Part shown: positions 57,608 to 64,000 of the stretch, one piece after another
How positions within the stretch are numbered: position 1 is the first letter of the stretch
How the letters are laid out: every line of letters starts with the position of its first letter
Assembly (NCBI GenBank): GCA_021613535.1
Contig: CP075492.1
Location: 12,648,001-12,712,000, forward strand
Source of the DNA: Adineta vaga
Lineage: Eukaryota > Animalia > Rotifera
Direction of reading: 5' to 3'
DNA: 64,000 nucleotides
Notes under the pieces: model-generated
Told to the model about the DNA's origin: nothing
The model's database searches: none
What the model saw: only the letters and a program-made list of their open reading frames with translations
Translations under genes and position numbers: made by a program

Positions 57608-59869
57608 AACAAATTCAATATGTCTTTACTTATTTGAATAATAACAACTTCGAATTTTGAAAATCAAACATTTCTTTCTCTTTTATGTTATTTTTACTCG
57701 AAGCAATTATATTTTATGAAATTCAAGACGAGAGATTCCGTAAAAATATCTAACACGTCGTGTTTATTCTTCCATAGTTCAATGTAAGAATACCAAACAA
57801 TCTAATGTGTTTACTATAGAACTTCTTCTTTTCTCATGATAATTCAATTCAACAATAGAACGATTAACATCATCTTAAGAGACTCTTATATATCCATATT
57901 CACTTATGTTGTTTTCTTTTCGAAGCAATGAATAATATACTGCACTTACTATTGAATACAAGAAGAAACAACGACGTTGACATCTTGCCGTTACCAATGG
58001 TTGTATCGATCGAACTACCAGATAATTAATCTTCTAAAGAAAGAAAGATAAAAGAATCAAAGTAAAACATATTGTCTGCTGATGACGTTTATGTAAATGA
58101 CGCGTCTCTATCTATCTATCTATCTCCGTCTGTATTTTGTATATTCACACATATCATTATGAAATTAACACATGCTGACTGACTTCTCATCGTCTATGAC
58201 TTCTCTCTATCCTATCAAGACAAGATTCGATGCTTTTCACTCTTCATACATACATAGTGGGCGTGAAACCTTTAAAAATGAATATGTGTAATCTTAACAG
58301 TAAGAACGAAGAATAATGAGTGTTCAAGTATAAGTGAGCGATGGAGCAGAAGAAAAGATGAGATGTGCTTTAAACAAGCATGTACGCACGTTAGACAATT
58401 TGTGAGTAGAAACGGATTACATAAGGACGTTTTCTTTTCTTCCTCTTCAGCTGTATATATATATATAAAATATGTATGTATTTCTTTCGCACTCCCGACT
58501 CGTTCACAAAATGTTAACTAATGCAATAATCAAGTGGGAAGGGAACTTGAATGAAGGGCAAATATACACATCGAATTGAACGAGAAAAGAACGAAAAAGA
58601 AGCAAGAAACAAAGTATATAATGTGTTTATATGGATTCCCGATGCTGTTTATACATTGGAAAGTTAGTTCGATGCAGTCTTCTCTAGTTTACAAGAAAAA
58701 TACTACTAACGACAACTGATGAAAAGATATTTATACATAGTATAAATAGATAGATAGAAATGAAGGTTAATTAACAGACCTAGTGAAGAAAAAAAAACGA
58801 ATGTAAGTAGAGAAATATATAAATAACATTTACCAGATGCCGATGTCATATAATTCAACCATTGTATAATACACTTCAGTAAAGAGGAGGAAGAGGAGGA
58901 GACGAAAAGATATTTACTAAAGAAAACACAACTATGTAATGAATATATTCAATAGGTAATCGAAGAAAACACATTGGATTTATTAGTATCTGCTTCAACA
59001 ATCAATAAACATCGGATTCTATTACAACACAACACCGTTTATAGAAATAAACATACACATCAATAATGATGATGGTGAAGAAAAAAAATTGACCTATCAC
59101 TTTGCATCGATAGGTAGAGAAGAACAACCAATCAAAAACCGACGGAAACCACTACAGTATATTGCTAGACATATCACTATATAAATGAAAAAAAAGAAAT
59201 TCAAGTATCAATTTGTCACCTACTTGACCCATACTCTCGAATAACTCAACAGGAAAAATATATTCTTCATTATTTAAAATGAAGATGTCTGACTGTTCAA
59301 TTATTCTACCTTATACTTACAGACAATCAATAGATGAAATACAGTATCAATGAAATGTCTTCAAGTTATATGATCATATATAATAACTGTATTACAGAAC
59401 AACAAAGAATCGAGGATATTTTTATTCTTTTTAGTAAATGAAATGTTAAGGATGTCTGTTTATATAATGCAGCTGTCTTATCCACTCTCTGGCATCTAAT
59501 GACAATAGCAGTTGTTCTTCTAAAAGGTAGACGCGTCGTATGTTGTAGAATAAACAACAACAACAATAATAACTACTAATGCTATCAACATTAACATCAA
59601 TTAACAAATGTAATAAAAAAAATGCGAGACATATATCAAGATTAGTACTTATTCTATTTTGCATATCTTCTCAGCACGTCAAATCTATTTAATGAACTTA
59701 AGATCATTCTATTTATAAAATCTATATTTATTTCAAAATAAACTATTCATTTATGTATGCTTTTATTTACAAAGTATAAAAATTTTTTTTATAGATAAGG
59801 GCGTGCATGAACGTACAGCAATAGTAATGAACGAATGAGTGAAAAATTCAATGAAAGAAAATGTTTGTT

Positions 59870-62854
59870 TTATTTTGTTTGATTTCTTGCCATAATTGCT
59901 ACGTATCGTGATTTTACTGGATCACCAATTAATCTCACTTGAGCATTATTATCAAGACCAACATCACGTAAAGAACGCTCTTTCATTGTTTGTAATTCTT
60001 GTCCACGGTAGTATAATTTCTGATTTTGAACAGGAACAGTTGTAATATTTTGTAATTCTTCCATTAAATCAATGATACGAATATTATTACTACTACGTAA
60101 AATCATTACATGTCGATCAGAACCTAAATAGAAATTATTGTAATCTTTTTTAAAGAAAAAAATTCTTAAATTTTACCATGAAATACTTCAAGTTTCATTA
60201 CTTCTTGTTGATTATAAGGTTGCATCAATTCGTCTCCACTGTTGCTGTAGTACATTCGCCTTTGAAATCATGAGAGCCGACAGCTAATATTATCAACGTT
60301 CACACACACGCACAGACTCAAATCTCACTGTTATATAGTTCTTACCTGGATGACATATCACCATCTTGTAGTGATTGAGATCCCCCTCCATAATAATACG
60401 ATGATGACGATGCTGTTTGTTGTCGCGGAGTGAAATAACCAGTGATTTGTTGTTGTTGTTGTTGATTCACGAGCATATTACTTTTATACCAAAGTGAAAT
60501 AAATGAATTATTAACGATGCCAATAGTTTCAAGTGATGTATCAGGTGGACAGATGTAATAATGGCATTCCATTATAAGAAATATTCTGTTCCGATATAGG
60601 AATATTAAAATGTTGTTGAAGTTCAACTTGTAAATCATAAATAGTTATTGGATGTTGTCGACCAATGGCAAGACCTTGAACTCGATCGCCCAAACCAACT
60701 TGTAAACTGATTATATACGTTGCGGCAACAGCAGCAGCAGCAGCAGTCGATCGCGAAGTAGTTTGATTAGTGAATTGTTGATAATGGTTAGTGCTAAAAA
60801 TGTTGAGTTAGTCGAAAACAAAATAGTACGTCAATCAAGGGTTCATATTTATTTTGAAAAAGAAAAAAAATGTGTGTAAATAAAGTCTGATGTCTTTAAA
60901 CTTGATGGTTGTGAGAATGCCTAAAGCAAATGATAATAGGGAGGGAAAAAAAGATATATGAAATTGGTTGATTTTGTTGATTATTTTCAAAAAAAAAGCG
61001 ATATACTTACGATCCATGACAATGACAACAACATTTACAATTATGATGCTGATCTTGATGACATGTGCAATTGCAGTAATGACTATTTAAGGAACATAAA
61101 TGATACTACTACTAGATTGACTATTCGATGTTTAATGAACAATATGTTAGATATTCTCAAGTTATTATCATGTTACTTAATGTGTAGAAAAAAAGATAAA
61201 ACAATTGAACGTAGAAATCTTACCCGGGACCGCCATATTGTTGATCGTTTCCTGTTGAATATGAGTAGTAACTTTGCGATGGATAATATTGTTGCTGATT
61301 GTAAGTTTCACCCGATGATGATCCTCCACCTTGTTGTCCGTAGTAACCACTTGAACCGGATTGCTGTTGTCCATACATACCTCCGGATGCTGCTGCTGAT
61401 GATGATCCTTGTTGTGCATAATAACCATTTGAACCTGATTGTTGTCCTGAATAACCACCGGAATATGCTCCTTGTGCGCCATAGGAACCAGCTGCAGCTG
61501 ATTGTTGTCCATACATACCAGCTGATGATGATAATGCAGCTTGTTGATATTGATTTTGTTGTCTGTGTCGTGAAAAATATTGTTCATCAGCTCGAGCAAT
61601 ACGCATCGTATTATTATTTTCTATACCTAAGGATTCTAAGAGAACTTCAGGTGTTTCACAAATATTTCGACCCTATAATGATAGAGATGAATCTAAGATT
61701 AAAACAATCTTCTTATATTTACTTTCCAATACAGAATCACTTGTTCAGGAGGTATTTTAAATACTCTTGATGCTTCATCGATGACATCACGGACACGTAA
61801 ATCATAATCTCTTTTAACGATAAATGTTTGTCGATCCGATCCATGTGCGGCTTCAATTTTGATTATTTTGCGATCTTGACGACGAGCCATTTTCTTCAAA
61901 AAGTAATCAAGTCAAATTATTCCTTGATAGAATACAAAACAGATGTATTGACAACTTATATCTTACTTCCTCATCTTGTGAACGTTTGGGTACGTCAGAA
62001 AACATCTTTCTCAATTACAACTGAGTAGAAATTGAATAGTTTATTTGTTCGAAATTGGTATGGTGATTTATGTGAACACGGGAAAGTAACGAAACAAGTT
62101 TTGTCTCTACAATGGGCTCACTTTTTCAATTCTTTCTTCTTTCTTCTTTCTTTCTTTCTTTCGTCATGAAAGCAGAACAGAGATTTGCTAGGAAACAGAT
62201 TTTTTCTGCCGTTCTTTTTTCTTTCTCTTTGTCTCATTTTGTTTTCCATTCTTCTTGTGAAATCACTTTATTGTTTTGTTTTCAGGTGAACGAATGTAAA
62301 GATCGAAAAGGAAAAGAAAAGTGACGAAAGCAAGCAAAACATAATAAGACGGCACTTTTCGCCCAGATTTGTGGTTGTTTTTATTTTTGTTACATATCGA
62401 AATTTCACTTAGTGATGTTAACTATGTATCTAAGGTTTCTATTTGTTATGACGACAAATCGCATCCATTAATCGTATCCAAACGAAGAAGAGAAAAAGAT
62501 TTCAGTTCTGTTGGATTTTTTTTCTCTGCAGTTCATATAGAAAGATTTTCTCGTGAGAATCTAACGACTTGAACTCAACTTAGAATATGTGAAGAAGAGA
62601 TCGGTTTAGCAAACCTGAATTTCAACATCATGTTGTGCTTTATCCATGCTAGCTGGATCGTAGAGTTTGTTCCATATACGATCATGTTGTAAATTGGCTA
62701 ATGGATCGACCATATCTGAACGACTTGTATGTGAAATAACATTTCCATGATGGGAATGTCCAACTGATCGTTGAGTATTTCCACCTGTATTTCGTGCACC
62801 TTTCGATGGATCTGTTATTTCGTATTCATAAGTGTATTCATAGGTAGTACCCAT
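59870..62854 (-). CDS. Protein with three ubiquitin-like domains, a G/S/Y/Q low-complexity linker and a Cys/His-rich exon; apparent +1 frameshift near 60550
   Basis: UBL1 IIKIEAAHGSDRQTF...FKIPPEQVILYWKGRNI...LESLGI; UBL2 IISLQVGLGDRV...FNIPISEQNISYNGMPL/PPDTSLETIGI; UBL3 MKLEVFHGSDRHV...VPVQNQKLYYRGQEL...LRDVGL. Upstream exons 62854-62615 and 62005-61967 join in phase 0 to 61893. Confidence 0.7.
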
Positions 62855-63232
62855 TTCTTTTTCTTTACAAAACTCAAATCAATCTCTGCTGACGTTATTA
62901 TTCTCGAACTCGAAAATAATAAAAATGAAAATATTATGTAGAAAATCGAAGAAAAAGAAAAAGAATAGATGAAGATTAAACAGAATAACAAAATCTTTCT
63001 TTTGTTTTGCTACCATGCCAGCCGTACATTCTCTCTCTCTTCTTGTTTCGTTGATGTTTTATAATGAAAATCTTGTACTATTATTTAAAAGAACAAAACC
63101 AAAAATAGACATCTTTCTCGCCTAATTCTGTTATTACTTGACAAAATATTTCGAATGGAAATGAACGAACGTAAATCAAGCGCTCATTTCTTATTTATAT
63201 CTTTTGCATAATCTCGTTTTCGATTTTAAAAA

Positions 63233-63451
63233 ATGGGTAGTAGTAGTTCAAGTTCATCGACAGCGAAGAATTCTGATTGTTATCTACAGAATAAACTTGA
63301 ACGACAACAATGTTTACAAACTCATTCAAATAATGATATTATCACTTCGAAAACTTTATTTGAAAATAATCCCTTAAAAAGAAATTGTTCATTTCCATGT
63401 AATGAAAATAGACGAACGACAATGATGCACAATATGAAACCTAACAATTAA
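63233..63451 (+). CDS. Possible short ORF or uORF with an N-terminal MGSSSS (myristoylation-like) start
   Basis: 72-aa ORF with AAAATGG start context; no family recognised. Confidence 0.25.
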   Translation: MGSSSSSSSTAKNSDCYLQNKLERQQCLQTHSNNDIITSKTLFENNPLKRNCSFPCNENRRTTMMHNMKPNN

Positions 63452-63841
63452 ACCATCATTGTACATTGGCACGTGCTGTCCTCTAGAGCATCGATTTCTT
63501 AATGGTTACACAATTATTCTAGAATAGAAACTGAAGAAGAAGAAGAAGAAGAAAAAAGAACATTATGATCTGAAACTGAATTACCCATATTTTTCTCTTG
63601 TGAACAACTACTTTAAGTTTTGTTTTAAAAAGCTTTCAATTTCTTTCAAGGAAATAAAAAGTATTGATTCTCTGAGAACGTACTTTACGTTCACACTGAA
63701 AAGGTAATTTAGTCAATGATGATATGCTTGATTGTGCTTTTCGTTTCAGATGTTTTTCGTTTGTTTTCATTTGATTCAAACGAATATCATCGTTGTTATT
63801 GATCCTATCAATTGAATCTCTTGAGAAAGATTCATTTATTC

Positions 63842-64000
63842 ATGGATGATTTCATGAATGATTTAGAAGCAGGACTAAATTATAATCCTGCTCGACATAT
63901 GAATAAAAAAATGAAAAAACGTAAACAACTTGATGCACTTTTAAAATTTCGTTCAACAAAATCGAATCGATTACCTAATCAAGTAATTCATACTTCTGAA
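63842..64000 (+). CDS. Probable 5' part of a gene running off the window end
   Basis: MDDFMNDLEAGLNYNPARHMNKKMKKRKQLDALLKF... is open to the end, has an NLS-like basic stretch and follows a splice acceptor near 63750. Confidence 0.4.
   Translation, partial: MDDFMNDLEAGLNYNPARHMNKKMKKRKQLDALLKFRSTKSNRLPNQVIHTSE

Noticed and set aside
60958-61770. 270-aa plus-strand ORF
   Set aside because: Antisense shadow of the repetitive G/S/Y/Q-coding exon on the minus strand; no independent coding signal.
63842-64000. Faint similarity of MDDFMNDLEAGL to the GPATCH2-like N-terminus
   Set aside because: Too short and truncated by the window end to assign a symbol.

Overview
AT-rich, gene-dense animal DNA with many short (mostly 50-75 nt) GT-AG introns. 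The style and the mix of metazoan genes with bacterial- and fungal-type genes suggest a bdelloid rotifer (inference). About 22 protein-coding genes were hand-spliced: a cadherin, two beta-catenin paralogs each followed by a cyclophilin A, a claudin-like gene with a decayed upstream copy, an astacin, a fukutin-like gene, an SK channel head-to-head with an anoctamin, a 56-aa Cys-rich protein, a GT23 fucosyltransferase, a secreted peptide precursor, perilipin, reticulon, a repeat protein, LEKR1, a bacterial-type MAPEG, a neurobeachin-like BEACH protein, SRP19, a small surface protein and a triple ubiquitin-like-domain protein. The main candidate system is the cadherin-[beta-catenin A + cyclophilin]-[beta-catenin B + cyclophilin] cluster (2886-15261), where the two beta-catenins show complementary losses. 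Copy A keeps the alpha-catenin-binding segment and the C-terminal DSDL PDZ motif but has no phosphodegron. Copy B keeps a DSGxxS degron and the TCF/cadherin-binding lysines but lacks the alpha-catenin segment and everything after ARM repeat 11, so it is a candidate Wnt-regulated dominant-negative. Other highlights are a cationic CX3C-X21-CX3C peptide precursor, a UBL x3 protein with a prion-like linker and Cys/His cassette exon, four horizontal-transfer candidates, three separate 1-nt frameshifts and possible trans-spliced operons. All gene models and family calls come from reading the sequence and remembered motifs; no searches were run.
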